A stretch of 64,000 nt of DNA from Octopus sinensis (GCF_006345805.1 NC_043003.1:58280001-58344000), one strand, 5' to 3'; shown: positions 13,421-26,773, counted from the first letter of the stretch. The notes: generated by a model from the letters alone, not told the origin. Made by a program: numbers and translations.

Positions 13421-14473
13421 CAGGGCTGGCCCTACTGTTGCTGGTGCCCTGGGCAAGCTGAACTTCAGCATGTACAGGCCGACGATCGTGAATATTTCCT
13501 TGTCTTTGTCACGCCCTCCTTCGCACCCGCTAGCTCATGGCAAATTTCTTTCCTGCGAGAGTTCAGGACTCCAGTAATGAACTCATTTGCATACAGCCAA
13601 TCGGAGCTCACCTTGAAAATCCACATGCTGTGTACTACTACAGCACAGCCAGTCAGGCATAGAATAGTGTATACCACCCTGTGAGTACAGCATAGCAGGT
13701 CTCGCATAACCTCCACATCCCCCCACCACCATCATCCTCATAAATCAATTGAGCACCATCTCTATATGGAGCTAACATTAGGTACCTATGTTCAGATTGG
13801 TATTAGTGATACTGCATATACCCATTGATATATGCAAGGAGGAAGGCGGCGAGCTGGCAGAAACGTTAGCATGCCGGCCGAAATGCGTAGCCGTATTTCG
13901 TCTGCCGTTACGTTCTGAGTTCAAATTCCGCCGAGGTCGACTTTGCCTTTCATCCTTTCGGGGTCGATTAAATAAGTACCAGTTACGTACTGGCGTCGAT
14001 ATAATCGACTTAGTCCGTTTGTCTGTCCTTGTTTGTCCTCTCTGTGTTTAGCCCCTTGTGGGTAGTAAAGAAATTGATATATGCAAGGAGGGCGCAATAC
14101 GACACAACGCCATATTGATTACGATGTTTTCAGATCAACACCAACATTTTAAATTAGGAATGTACAAAATCAATCAAAAAATTAGGAAAATACACTTATT
14201 TAGATTTTCTAGTAAATTTCGCAAATTGGCGACACTTACGGCATCATCGGTGAGCAACTCTCCATTCACTTTATACACTAAATTTCACATTTGTCGCCCG
14301 TTTAGAACAGTTAGATTTTGCTGTAACGCACATTTCCCACTGAACTCAACCAGAGTATTTTCGTCACTAGGTGGACACTAGTTTGATAGTTGAGCTCTGG
14401 TTGGCTATATGCAAATGAGTTCATAACTGGGGTCCGGAACTCTCGTGGGAAAAAAATTCGCGAGCCAACCCTG
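13421..14473. mobile_element. Non-autonomous hAT-like DNA transposon (MITE) with a nested SINE
   Basis: TIRs cagggctggc / gccaaccctg (9/10). 8-bp flanks cgtgtcga / tgtgttga differ only by two CpG>TpG changes. ~70-bp subterminal inverted repeats at 13540-13611 and 14390-14460. Confidence 0.7.
13843..14073 (+). mobile_element. SINE family A (young), nested in the hAT MITE
   Basis: Full head, core and tail; TSD attgatatatgcaaggag on both sides. Confidence 0.9.
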
Positions 14474-14989
14474 TGTGTTGACACAGAAGTGAAGTTGGCT
14501 TCGTAATCAGAATACCCAGGTTCGATGCAACACAGTAGCATCTTGAGAAGTTGTCTTGTATCCTCAAGACCTCTGAACTTGGCTTGGCAGGCATATTTAC
14601 GCACGCACACACATTTACTACAGATGGATATTTTTTCCCCTTTTTTTCTTTTGGTAAAATTAATAAGATGTAATAACTTTTGTGCATAAAAATAGCAAGT
14701 TTTAAACACATACAGTGTATGACATTACAGACTTATATAACAGTATAACAGACCCATAAGTGCCGTTCCTATAAAAGTGTTACCCGATGTGACCTGCGTT
14801 TCCACCCCACCTATAAGCCATGCTACTGTATTCTTGTCCTGCAGTACGCTCTTGTTCTAACAGCACCAGCTCCTCATTAGAGTAACTTTCTCCACGGAAT
14901 TCTAGCAACTCTTATTTTCCTGTGCCACACAATCTTTCTGAATATGAGGGAAACGTTCGGTTGATAGAAACAATATAGAAGGTACAGAA

Positions 14990-15583
14990 AGGCGGCGAGC
15001 TGGCAGAAACGTTAGCACGCCGGGCGAAATGCATAGCGGTATTTCGTCTGCCGTTACGTTGTGAGTTCAAATTCCACCGAGGTCGACTTTGCCTTTCATC
15101 CTTTCGGGGTCGATAAATTAAGTACCAGTTACGCACTGGGGATCGATGTAATCGACTTAATCCGTTTGTCTGTCCTTGTTTGTCCTCTCTGTGTTTAGTC
15201 CTTGTGGGTAGTAAAGAAATAGGTATTTCGTCTGCCGTTACAATCTGAGTTCAAATTCCGCCGAGGTCGACTTTGCCTTTCATCCTTTCGGGGTCGATTA
15301 AATAAGGACCAGTTACACACTGGGATCGATATAATCGACTTAATACGTTTGTTTGTCCTCTCTGTGTTTAGCCCCTTGTGGGTAGTAAAGAAATAGGTAT
15401 TTTGTCTGCCGTTACAATCTGAGTTCAAATTCCGCCAAGGTCGACTTTGCCTTTCATCCTTTTGGGGTCGATTAAAATGAGTACCTGTTACGCACTGGGG
15501 TCGATATAATCAACTTAATCCGTTTGTCTGTCCTTGTTTGTTCCCTCTATGTTTAGCCCCTTGTGAGCAATAAAGAAATAAGA
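14990..15583 (+). mobile_element. Tandem triplet of SINE family A (one head plus three bodies)
   Basis: Units restart at ggtattt(c/t)gtctgccgttac near 15222 and 15396. Confidence 0.88.
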
Positions 15584-16367
15584 AACTGTGTGGAAGGCAC
15601 AGATCCAGTCAAACACCATAACTACGGTGTTTCATTTCATCATATGACACGGCTATATTATATTATACGGACGTTCTATATTAGTCTCTGTAAGTTTATT
15701 CTCCTAATCAGTTGTTTTTATGAGTTCTTTTCAAAGTTCACAGAAAATATACCTTGAAGCTGCTATCACACTGATACATTGTCTGGAGCAAATACATTGT
15801 ATTATTGGAAATATAGTCTACTCTCACATTAGAAGTTCATTTAAGCTCTGAAGATAGCTCTTAGTGCACTGTTAGGAAAATTAGGCTTGTCACTCGTACT
15901 TTTCTACTGTAGAATCATGTATTCCTTTACGAGCCTTATTTGAATTCCAAATTGCAGGTATTGAATTCAGCATAGGTATTAAAAGTCATTCGATTTTTTG
16001 AGTGATACACAAGTAAAATTTTAATTTCATACCAGCAACAGCAGCCGTCCAAGAATTTGGACCTGGAGATCTCCATGTCCAGCGACTTCGAGGGCCACCT
16101 CCCAGTGGTTTCGGGCGTCAACGAAGAGCCCTCGACTACAACAAGACGACCAAAGTTTTTTTTTTCCAAGATCTGGGGGTCTCCCGCCCCCTAAGCCCTA
16201 GACCATCACCTAATCACCCTTACCCGTCTTGTTGCTTAACAACAACAGCAGCAGCAGCAGCAACTCCAGCGTTTCTTCCAAATCAGATGATTTCCGAACT
16301 TTTCCAGGTGTTAATTTTCCTTCACTTGTAGTCTCCTTCCAAGCAGGCTCATGCTTCCAAAAAAGCC

Positions 16368-16415
<48 letters not shown>

Positions 16416-17382
16416 TCTTTTAGCTCCTGGGATATGGTAACATCTTTTTTTACGAATACAAGCAACTATATCAGTCGCTTTATTGTTGTGTAAAATAAGG
16501 CGCCTTTAACAAACAAAGAAAGCTTTTGAATCAGAAAATGTACTTTCCTTTTTATGCACGCACGCATACACTCACACACACACACACACACATCCATTTT
16601 CTCTCCTTGCATGAATTGAATGAATCTTTTCACCATTTGTTGCATCCTTTCTTCCTTCTTGAAGTTTATAATTCTGAAATCAGAATTTTTTCATTTCTTT
16701 TCTTATCTTCGTTTTTCTCAAATTTCTCCAATCTGCAAAACTTCTTTACCAAACTGTTATGTTTATTACGCATTACATACCAATACCAAGACATTCTTTT
16801 TTCATTACATACTACTGCTGGTCCCTATTGACTTACTTGTGTGTGTTAACTACAGCATCCATAATCTTGAACTTTTACAGTAGTCCCGGTATGTTTAACC
16901 CTTTAGCATTTAAACCAGCTATATCCAGCCCAAATATTTTGTTTTGTATTCACTCTGGTCAGATCCCGCCTCTCGAAATCTCGAAGCTACGAGAAGCTAC
17001 ATTAATAATTCAAAAACGTGAATATATAAGATTTACATTTGAGAGAGAGTAATCTATAATTATTTATAATTATGTGATTCATTTAGAAATTAAGAACAAT
17101 TACCATACAATAGAAATACAACGAAGGTGATGACACTGCAAGGCAATGAGAAAAAAGAGAACAAAAATAAATAACAGTTGGTTTTCTATCTGCGACATCT
17201 AACGGGCTTTACTACTCGGAGAGTAATCTGAATGTTATGCTAAAAGGTTATTTTCTCCCTATCAGTTGTTATAAATTTTATCAAAGTTCAGAGATAATAT
17301 ACCGTGAAGTTGTTATCACACTTTCATTGGCTAGTGCAAAGAATTTGTATTATTAGAAATATCTATACTCTACCCTCATATT

Positions 17383-17640
17383 GTGGAGCCACATGGCCGA
17401 GTGGTTAGAGCAGCAGACTCGCGGTTGAGGGATCGCGGGTTCGAATGTCAGACCGAGTGATGTGTGTGTTTATGAGCGAAACATCTAAATTCCACGTGGC
17501 TCCGGCAGAAGGTAATGGCAAATTTCTGTTGACTCTTTCGCCACAACTTTCTCTCACTCTTTCCTCCAGGTGGAGAACCTATACGCCAAGGTAACCGGCC
17601 CTTATGAGCCAGGCATGGCCCGAGAAGGAACAAAACAAAC
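17383..17640 (+). mobile_element. tRNA(Arg)-like SINE family C, internally deleted
   Basis: tggccgagtggttagagcagcagactcgcgg head, ggttcgaat B-box. Homologous to 46105-46418. TSD accctcat(a/g)tt. Confidence 0.82.
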
Positions 17641-17792
17641 CCTCATGTTATCATACATTTAAGCTCAGCTTGTGGCTTAGTACCTTGTCTAAAAACAGAT
17701 AAAAGGCTTTGCCAGGAATATTACGCCTGGTACTGTACTTTTCTGCTTTCAACAACGTGGTTGAAAGCGAACTTGCTAAACACAGAGCTATG

Positions 17793-17838
<46 letters not shown>

Positions 17839-19037
17839 TTATACAAGAATATTGTTGACCGTGACTTCGAAGTTTCGCGCTGCAATGCTATCATCGGACT
17901 GCGATGCATTAGAGTTAGTTTTCCCTTTATGTAGTCTCTGTTGAGTTAAAACCATTTTAGATGTGTGGGTTTGAGTGGGGTAGTAATTAAGTTTTTATGA
18001 AGAGTTTTTCGGAAAAAATCTTCATTGGTTAAATTTGGGGTTATGTTTTAGATGGTGATGGTTGTATTTCATCTAATGTGACTCTACTCAGAAGGCTGAA
18101 ATATCATTTCATATATCTACATGCATCTGCGTGGGTTGTGTGTTAGCTGTTAATCCTGGTGAGGAACTCACGAACAGCGATATGTTAGAACCTGTGCAGT
18201 GTGTTGGTACTGTATAGAGATGCTGTTGACGACGTTGGTGAGAGACATGATCGTGGCGACGAAGATGGAAATCGCTGTAAGGTGGACAGTGGTTAGACCT
18301 TAAAAGGTCTGGAAACAACAGACTCCGAGACTAGGAGAAGGTGAGTTTTTATAGCTAACGGTAGGCTCAAATGTAGTTTAGAACAGACTGTCTCACGTGA
18401 TTTATTTGGAGGTTGCGATTGGTTGGGTTGCATACTTGGCGTGCGATAGAGTAAGAGACAAATTGCACCAATACCGATCAGCCAGAGTAGTAGACGCGGT
18501 CCAAAAATACCTCCAAATGTTAGCTGTTACCTGCTACGTTCGTATGTATGTATGTATATCTGATAGAGAGAGGAAGTTCACTAGAGTTCGCTACAATTTT
18601 ATTGTGTAGAATTTATTCATCTATTAAGAACTTTGTAAACAAGTCTGTAAGGGTTTCTCTTTTGTTAGGTAGGCACAAGGTGTGACAGTATTTTTGTTGC
18701 TTGTGGTATTATTGGATTTAATCCTTTCGCTTTGACAATGTAAAGGTTAACAACATTTTTGTATAATAATAATAAATTTATACTCTACAAAAGTGTAGAG
18801 TAACTTGTCACATTAATGTAAGATTGTTAAATTGTTTTTATTGTAATTGAACATAAAACAAATATTTATATATATTGATATACATACACATAGAGTAATG
18901 AGTTTCAACTATATACACAAAAATACATACACACTCATACGCACACACATATATAGTATAAGTTTTTAAAGAAAAAGTTATTGATATAGTTTTTCAAATA
19001 TTTGCAACTGAAGCTGGGGAGATGGTTGCAGCATAAG

Positions 19038-19431
19038 GAGACAACTGGGTGCAGCTGTTTGAAAGCTAAAGATTTGGTACGGCTGACTGGAGAGTCAGCC
19101 TGCTTTGTCAACAGTACTACAACTGAAGCAAACTTAGGCACGCATGCATTGGCAGAAATCTATGCATACAAGTAGAGCGAGAGAGCAAAGGGATGGGAGA
19201 GAGAAACAGACATTACAATGTTTTAATTGAAGACAATTGACACAAACTCTTTCCCTTTTCTTATACACAGAGAAATCTGCTCTCTCACACACACACATAG
19301 ACAGAAAGAGAGAGAGAGAGAGAGCAGGGAGAAAACGAGAGAAACATTTAAACGTCCGATGTCAAGCAAGTCAGCGTCAAATCAGTGACATCAAAGGATC
19401 AGCGCCAGGACGGCAATGTCAAAACGTCTCA
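19038..19431. mobile_element. Dispersed MITE-like repeat (also 28286-28640 and partial 48584-48690)
   Basis: Shared left block gtgc(a/g)g..gtttg...tttggtacg.ctgactgga and right block aagtca.cgtc.aatcag.gaca...aacgtctcata. Confidence 0.6.
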
Positions 19432-20839
19432 TATTGGAAAGAAGTCGAATTAGTTTAGCAGTTTCAATAAGAGTAAAGAATCCTCTTAAACTAATTTTAC
19501 TTGAATTCATTTACCGAAGTTTTCTAATTAACCATTTTTGCATAACGAATTTTTCCATGTTTTGCATTGAACGTATAAGCAAACACTAAAAATGTCTTCA
19601 CATCAAGTGATTCTAAATATACAAATTCCTCAGTGTACGCAAACCGCTCTTCCAAATTGAATCGTGTTCTATTAATATTTCGACATACATCACTTTATAG
19701 TTCATTTGCTTTCCCGTGTTCTTTCTGTAGGAGGTAAGTCCAAGTCAGTGAGTCGTTCACCTTCAGTCATTGTTTTCGCAACGTTCATCATTACAATGCT
19801 TTTCGATGTATTAAATAAAATCATTTATTTTCTCGCAGGCATAATATAAGCTGCGTGGTTTACACTGTACAATATCAAATGGTTTCCTAGTGTTAGGGGA
19901 CTAAGAAAGCTGTTCGTGGAAAACTTACAAATGAAAGTCTTTGAATTTTGTCAATAGATTAGCAGCTTCACTGAGTGTATCTTCATCCTACATTTCATTA
20001 TTGTCAAAAATATTTTCAAATGCACTTTTCTTATTTTCACATAACTCGTTAATGGCTGAATGCTGGTATCAAAATCTCTGACGACACATTTCAGCTTTGT
20101 ACTCAAAAATGTGTAGGCGCGAAAACAAAACTTCTAGCTTGCTCAGCCTTTCAACTCAAAGTCAAATTTATTTTATACACACAATGTATGGAATCTCTAT
20201 ATTTAAACCCTTTCACCTCCATTTTTTGTTTGCACTCTGTTTTATCCATGTGCCCTTACAACTACTCGATCGAAATCGTACGTTTAGCTTTTCAATTTCG
20301 TTTTAGCAATTCACTGAAGGTTTTTAAAACATTTTCTGTTGTATCAGCCGACCTCGATGCACCTTTACCAAAACTTATATCACAAATTCCTTAAAATCTT
20401 CCATTTATGTAGTTTCTTTCTTTATTTTTTCTTCTCCTCTTGCTCCACCTCCTCTTCCTCCTCCTCCTCCTGCTTCTGCTTCTTCTTCTTCTTCTTCTTC
20501 TTCTTCTTCTTCTTCTTCTTCTTCTTCTTCTTCTTCTTCTTCTTCTTCTTCTTCTTTTCTTCAAGTGGCTGCAAGAGATGATGCACATCACAGCGCCGCA
20601 CCAGGTATCTCTGTTCTCTGCTAGACTCTCAGTTTCGTGTAGTGTTTTTAGCAATAACATCAACGTAGCTGAACGGTCTCCGTCCTTTATCACCAAATCC
20701 ACTCACAAGACTCTGGTCGGCCCGAAGGTACAGTAGAAAATATTTATTCATGATGCCACACAGTGGGATTGAAACTAGAACCATGAGGTTGGGAAACAAA
20801 CTTCGTACTACACAGCCACGCCTGCGCTTATATATATAT

Positions 20840-21035
20840 TCGCCATGATAGATCGCTAGCCACTACACATTCTTTATCTTCTCTCCTCTCCTTGTTTCTT
20901 TCTGTGTTCTTTTCTGTGAAAGAGCGTAGGCTCGAAACGTTAAAGACTTTTTTTACTTCCCGAGCGTTAAATTAATACATCCGTTTGTTGTCTACACCAC
21001 CTGTCTTCGTCTTTTGTTTTTTTAGTGAATTCTCC

Positions 21036-21037
<2 letters not shown>
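20840..21037 (+). mobile_element. Penelope-type pseudo-LTR fragment with mutated hammerhead
   Basis: ctgtgaaagagcgtaggctcgaaacgttaaag at 20914-20945; homologous to 39368-39563; flanked by (TA)n. Confidence 0.65.
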
Positions 21038-21121
<84 letters not shown>

Positions 21122-21187
21122 AGTGTGTATAATATGTATGTGTGTGTGTGTGTGTTTTGCTCATTCACTATATACACACACATATAC

Positions 21188-21224
<37 letters not shown>

Positions 21225-21469
21225 TTCGTATGTATGTATGTATGTATGTATGTATGTATGTATGTATGTATGTATGTATGTATGTTTGTACATACTTCAG
21301 CCCTCACGAGAAGCTTGGTGTATGTACAATTAACGCGATAATAAAGTTCAAGCTTCGGCTCCTTGAAGAAGAATTCTATCTACACATGCCCTGTTTATGA
21401 GTTACATTCTTGGCGATAATAGAGAGCTGGGCATTCACTGCACAACAATGCACCGTCGGCTGTTTATTA

Positions 21470-21790
21470 CCGATGAAACTATAATCAGTAGTCTGGTCTA
21501 CTTTGTACTGAAATAAATGTAGCACTTTTGAACTTCATTTCGAATAACATTGGCCATTACGCTACCAATTGCATAAATAATGTCATTCTGTATCATTGTT
21601 AATCCTGAAAAATGCTTTGATCCTTCATTGGTAAGAGTCACGATGCAAAGACACTATCTCAGCAAAGCAATCTAATAACCAATCAGACTGCTCATACCAT
21701 TTGATTTAAAACGATCGCAAGATAAATTTAGTTTTCACTAAGACGATTAAGTCGGTTTGTCAGCGTTGCGATTTTCTCGCTTTTCAAGCG
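21470..21790 (-). mobile_element. hAT transposase fossil fragment
   Basis: Minus strand IQNDIIYAIGSVMANVIRNEVQK, then DQTTD after a frameshift, resembling the hAT IQNELI...DETTD segment. Confidence 0.5.
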
Positions 21791-22201
21791 ATATCTCTCG
21801 ACCCGAATGATTTTTTCTTTGACATTAATAACTATATCGTATCTATTACTGGTACCTCAAATAATATTCTAGATGTCCTTTGACAATTATGTTTTAGTTT
21901 TCAAATAACAAGTGATACTTATTATCTGTGTGGTTTTTCTATGTCACTTGTTACTTAATAGGTCGATAGTCCTTGTTACATTGTTCCAAATAGTTTTACT
22001 ATAACAAAGTTCTTCATGTAATGATAATAAATGCTCCTTCTCGTGTGTGTGTGTGTGTGTGTGTGTTTAAGGAAATAGATTAAAAGGCGTTGCCTGAAGA
22101 GCCATGTTTTGGCGAGCTTAACAATAGAAGTACAGCGAAGAAATGCCCAGGAAATACAAACATATATACTTACATACGGACGTATGTACACGTTTGTACA
22201 T

Positions 22202-22430
22202 CGTATCAGGACAAATACCCCCGACGACAATTACCAACCTCCCATAGGACAATTCCCCCCGACGACAACTACCCCTAGGACTATCACCCCACCACCCACC
22301 CACCCCGGTTAATTACCCCCTCTCCATAATATTAAGAAGTTTGAAATCATCATCGGTTGTCCTCGGGAGTAATTGCCCTTGGGGGTGGGGTTATTGTCTG
22401 CGGGGGGGGGGGTTAAATGTCCTAGACGCG
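22202..22430. mobile_element. MITE with GC-rich subterminal repeats (ggacaa..ccccc / ggggg..ttgtcc)
   Basis: Repeated gacaa(t/a)t(a/c)ccc units on the left mirrored by their complements on the right. Confidence 0.55.
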
Positions 22431-22517
22431 TCTACATACGTATGTATGTATACGTGTGTATAAATATGCATGTGTGCGTGTATGCGTACGGTTATACACA
22501 CACACTCATATATTCTT

Positions 22518-22915
22518 TTATTCTTTTACTTGTTTCAGTCATTTGATTGCAGCCATACAGGAACATCGCCTTTAAGTCCAAGAAATCGACCCCAGGGTGT
22601 ATTCTTTGTAATCCTAGTACCTATTCTATTATTCTCTTTTGCCGAACGGCTAAGTTATGGTGGGGGCATAAACACACCAACACCGGTTGTGAAGCGATGG
22701 CAGGGACAAACACAGACACACACACATAAGTATGTGCATGTATATATACGAGGGGCTTCTTTCAGTTTCCGTCTACCAAATCCACTCACAAGGCTTTAGT
22801 TGGCCCGAGGCTATAGTAGAAGACACTTGCCCAAGGTACTACTACACAGTGGGACTGAACCTGGAACCATGTAATTGAGAAGCAAGCTTCTTACCGCACA
22901 GCCACGCCTGCGCCT
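22518..22915 (-). mobile_element. SINE family B
   Basis: Full-length reverse-complement match to family B. Confidence 0.85.
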
Positions 22916-23713
22916 ATAGTCACGCACACACACAGACACACACATATATAGTTCAAACACACACGCACATGAATGTCTCAAACACACAGACACACACATG
23001 AATGGCTCAAACACACACACACCTGAATAGCCCAAACTCTCACACACACACACACAAATGTACCGAAAACGCAAAGGTGAAACAGATGAGGGAATAACAA
23101 ACAGGTTTATTGGTTTGAAACTCGGGAAAAATGGAAAATTCTCCGCTCTTCGATAGAAAAGGAGAAAGGAAAACACAAGGAGTAGCTTTTGCATACATTA
23201 CAGAGAAGGGTTTCGATGGCTTGTAAGACGTTCTTTTTTTTTGAGAGAAACGTCTCAAAAATTCACCTTGGGTCCTGTGTGCAAAGTTGGACTCCCTTTA
23301 ACTGTTTTTCGTCTAATATGCCCATGCGTCTCTTTCATGCCATCAGATACAACGAGTATATGTGTATTAGTGTATACATATATACGTTATACATATGTGA
23401 GTGCGTGCACACTTTTAGATATATATATATAGTAGCGCGATTCCATTACTCGGCCGACATGGCCTGGGTATCTCAACTATTCCTACAATTTAGTAGTCTG
23501 TTTCAAGCCAGCAACAAATATCTCACAACACTACTTTTCTTCTTGAGTCATAAAATTTTCTCATAGTCAAAGGCGTGACTCAGATCGACATATTGCCGCT
23601 GAAATTATTTAGAACAACAATATATATATATATAAATAAATAAATAAATAAATAAATATATATATATATATATATATATAATAGTAATAATAATAATAAT
23701 GATAATAATAATG

Positions 23714-23758
<45 letters not shown>

Positions 23759-24325
23759 GGGAGTATAACTCCAAACTTACAGGGAAAAATTCAATTTAGC
23801 ATTAAATCAAATTTCACAATATAAATATATATATATATATTATTTATATATGTGTGTGTATGTATATATATATAGATATAGATAGATAGATAGATAGTTC
23901 CTGATCTGTCAATGAATGTAGCTGTTTCAACTTCGTATCTTAAAATGTTCACTCAATTAGCTTAATTACTCGTTTTCTATTCATAATAATGTTTGTTGTA
24001 CGAACAAAAGTTAATGAACAAGTCAAGCTCATATAATTTAACTTGGTGAGTGAATCTAATATACATACTTTTGTTCGACCTTTTAATAATGTAACTTGGG
24101 CTAATAAATTTCCGCCCGAGCTGTTATATTAATATAGTTTTGCATATATTGTCTTTTATTTATTTATTTTTTTACTTGTTTCAGTCATTTGACTGCGGCC
24201 ATGTTGGGGCACAACATCGAAGGATTTAGTTGAACAAATCGACCCAAAAATGTAATGAATTGGAAGAAACGACGCTAAGCATTTTGTACGACGTGTTAAT
24301 GATTCTGTCAGATCGCTACCTCTTT

Positions 24326-24360
<35 letters not shown>

Positions 24361-24481
24361 TAATAATAATAATAATAATACGAGTATATGGCGTAGTGGT
24401 TAAGAGCGCGAGCTACTAACCCCGAGGTTCCGAGTTCGGAACAACAAATATGATGATGTCATATCTGCTGTTGATATTTTA

Positions 24482-24870
24482 GGCGCAGGGATGGCTGTGT
24501 GGTAAGTAGCTTGCTTACCAAGCACATGGCTCCGGGTTCAGTCCCACTGCGCGGCACCTTTGGCGAGTGTCTTCTACTATGGCCTCGGGCCGACCAAAGC
24601 CTTGTGAGTGGATTTGGTAGACAGAAACTGAAAGAAGCCCATCGTATATATGTATATATACGTGTGTTTGTATGTCTGTGTTTGTCCCCCCAACATCGCT
24701 TGACAACCGATGCTGGTGTATTTACGTTCCTGTAACTTAGCGGTTCGGCAAAAGAGACCGATAGAATAAGTACTAGGCTTCCAAAGAATACGTCCTGGGG
24801 TCGATTTCCTCGACTAAAAGGCGGTGCTCCAGTATAGCCGCAGTTAAATGACTGAAACAAGTACAAGAGT
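24482..24870 (+). mobile_element. SINE family B, well preserved
   Basis: ggcgcagggatggctgtgtggtaag A-box, gggttcagtccc B-box, tail gactgaaacaagtacaagag. Confidence 0.88.
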
Positions 24871-24880
24871 ACAAGAGTAG

Positions 24881-24931
<51 letters not shown>

Positions 24932-25387
24932 TAGTAGTAGTATAGTAGTAGTAGTAGTAGTAATATTAATCCTTTCTACTATAGGCACAAGGCTTGAAAT
25001 TTTGGGGGGGTTAATTTATCGACCTCGAAAGGATGAAAGGCAAAGTCGACCTCGGCGGAATTTGAACTCAGAACGTAGCGGCAGACGAAATGCCAGCTTG
25101 CCGCCTTTAATGATAATGATAACGCCTTTCTACTATAGGCACAACGCCTGAAATTTAGGAGGGGGCTAATAGATCACATCGACCTCAGTAATTGATTGGC
25201 ATTTTTTTTTTTTTTTTTTTTACCGGTTTCAAAGGTTTGAAAGGCAAAGTCGACCTCGGCAAAACTTGAATTCAGAATGTAAAGACGGAGGAAATGCCGC
25301 TAAGCATTTTGTTCGATGTGTTAATGATGAGTTTTCCAGCTTGCTGCCTTTCTAATGATGATGATGATGATGATGATAATAATAATA

Positions 25388-25554
25388 AAAGGCCTCAGTA
25401 TGGCCTGGATCGAAGGCCTCAGTATGGCCTGGATCGACTACAAAAAGGCGTTTGATTGCATCCCCCACACATGGATCCTCGAAACACTAGCCATTAACAA
25501 AGTACCTAAGGCACACAGGTAGTGAAGTGAAAGCACGCTATAAAAATAAAACTA

Positions 25555-25558
<4 letters not shown>
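25388..25558 (+). mobile_element. Internally deleted R4/Dong family-1 derivative (RT fragment fused to 3' UTR)
   Basis: Matches 33972-34063 then jumps to 35889-35954; flanked by (TAA)n. Confidence 0.85.
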
Positions 25559-25617
<59 letters not shown>

Positions 25618-25618
<1 letters not shown>

Positions 25619-26726
25619 GATGCTAAAACTTGTTGAAAAACATGAAAGACCGAAAAAAACTTCACTCTATTCTCAAAGAGAGCAAAAAATTCGTTGCTGA
25701 TCTCTTAGATACCCACCAGATTGAGCAGGCTGAAGGAAATGCGCCAACTGCAGCAGCAAAGAAAATAAAATTAACTGCAAAGACAAAAGCACATGAAAAT
25801 TTAGCTAGCAGATGGGAACAGAAACCTCTCCATGCCAAGTATGTGGCCCGTAGCAAACAAGCTGATGTCGACCAAAAACACACGCATCAATGGTTACGAA
25901 GCTCAGGGCTAAAAGCAGAGAGTGAAGGTTTCATATTAGCTGCTCAAAACCAAAGCTTATTAACCCGGAACTACCAAGCCAATGTGATAAAAAATGAAGC
26001 TGACTCAAAATGCCGATTCTGTAACGTTGAGATTGAAACAATAGACCACCTAATCTCAGGGTGTAGAGTCTTAGCACCTGCAGAATATAAAGCAAGACAT
26101 TGGACAATATGTCGGTATTATAAAATCAAAACCGCTGACAAATGGTATAAACACCAACCTGAAGCTGTGACTGAGGGAGAAAATGTGTCGATTCTATGGG
26201 ACTTCCCCGTACAGACCGACAAGACTATAAAAGCTAATAAACCGGATATTATTATAAAAGATCAGACAAAAAAGATGTGTTTATTAATTGACACGAGTAT
26301 CCCTTGCGATCACAATATAGCGGCGAAAGAATTTGACAAGATAAGTAAATATAAAGACCTGTTAATAGAAATTGAAAAAATGTGGCATCTCAAGGCGACT
26401 ACAGTACCAGTGATTGTAGGATCTCTAGGAATGATAAAAAAAAAAGGTACTGAAACCTATTTGAAAATGATTCCAGGCTTACTATCCCTACAGGAAGTGC
26501 AAAAAATCGTATTAACTGGAACGGCTCATGTACTGAGAAGAGCATTATCACTGTGAAAACAACATCCATCCATGAATTTATTTATTTATTAAGGTTTAAG
26601 TACATATTTTATCTGTGAATTTGCGTGTGTAATCTGGGAATGCATACAATGAGCTTCTCTGCCCTAGGTGTATGGAAAATACCCGGCGAGAAACGGAAGA
26701 AAATTTGAAGAAAGAAGGAAAAAAAC
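25618..26726 (+). mobile_element. 5'-truncated R4/Dong-clade retrotransposon, family 2 (CCHC plus RLE)
   Basis: ORF 25630-26556 with CRFCNVEIETIDHLISGC, WDFPVQTD, ANKPDII, KYKDL, VPVIVGSLG; 3' UTR; (TAA)n on both sides. Confidence 0.9.

Positions 26727-26773
<47 letters not shown>

Noticed and set aside
24383-24440. tRNA gene
   Set aside because: Truncated within the T-arm; best read as a SINE head fragment.
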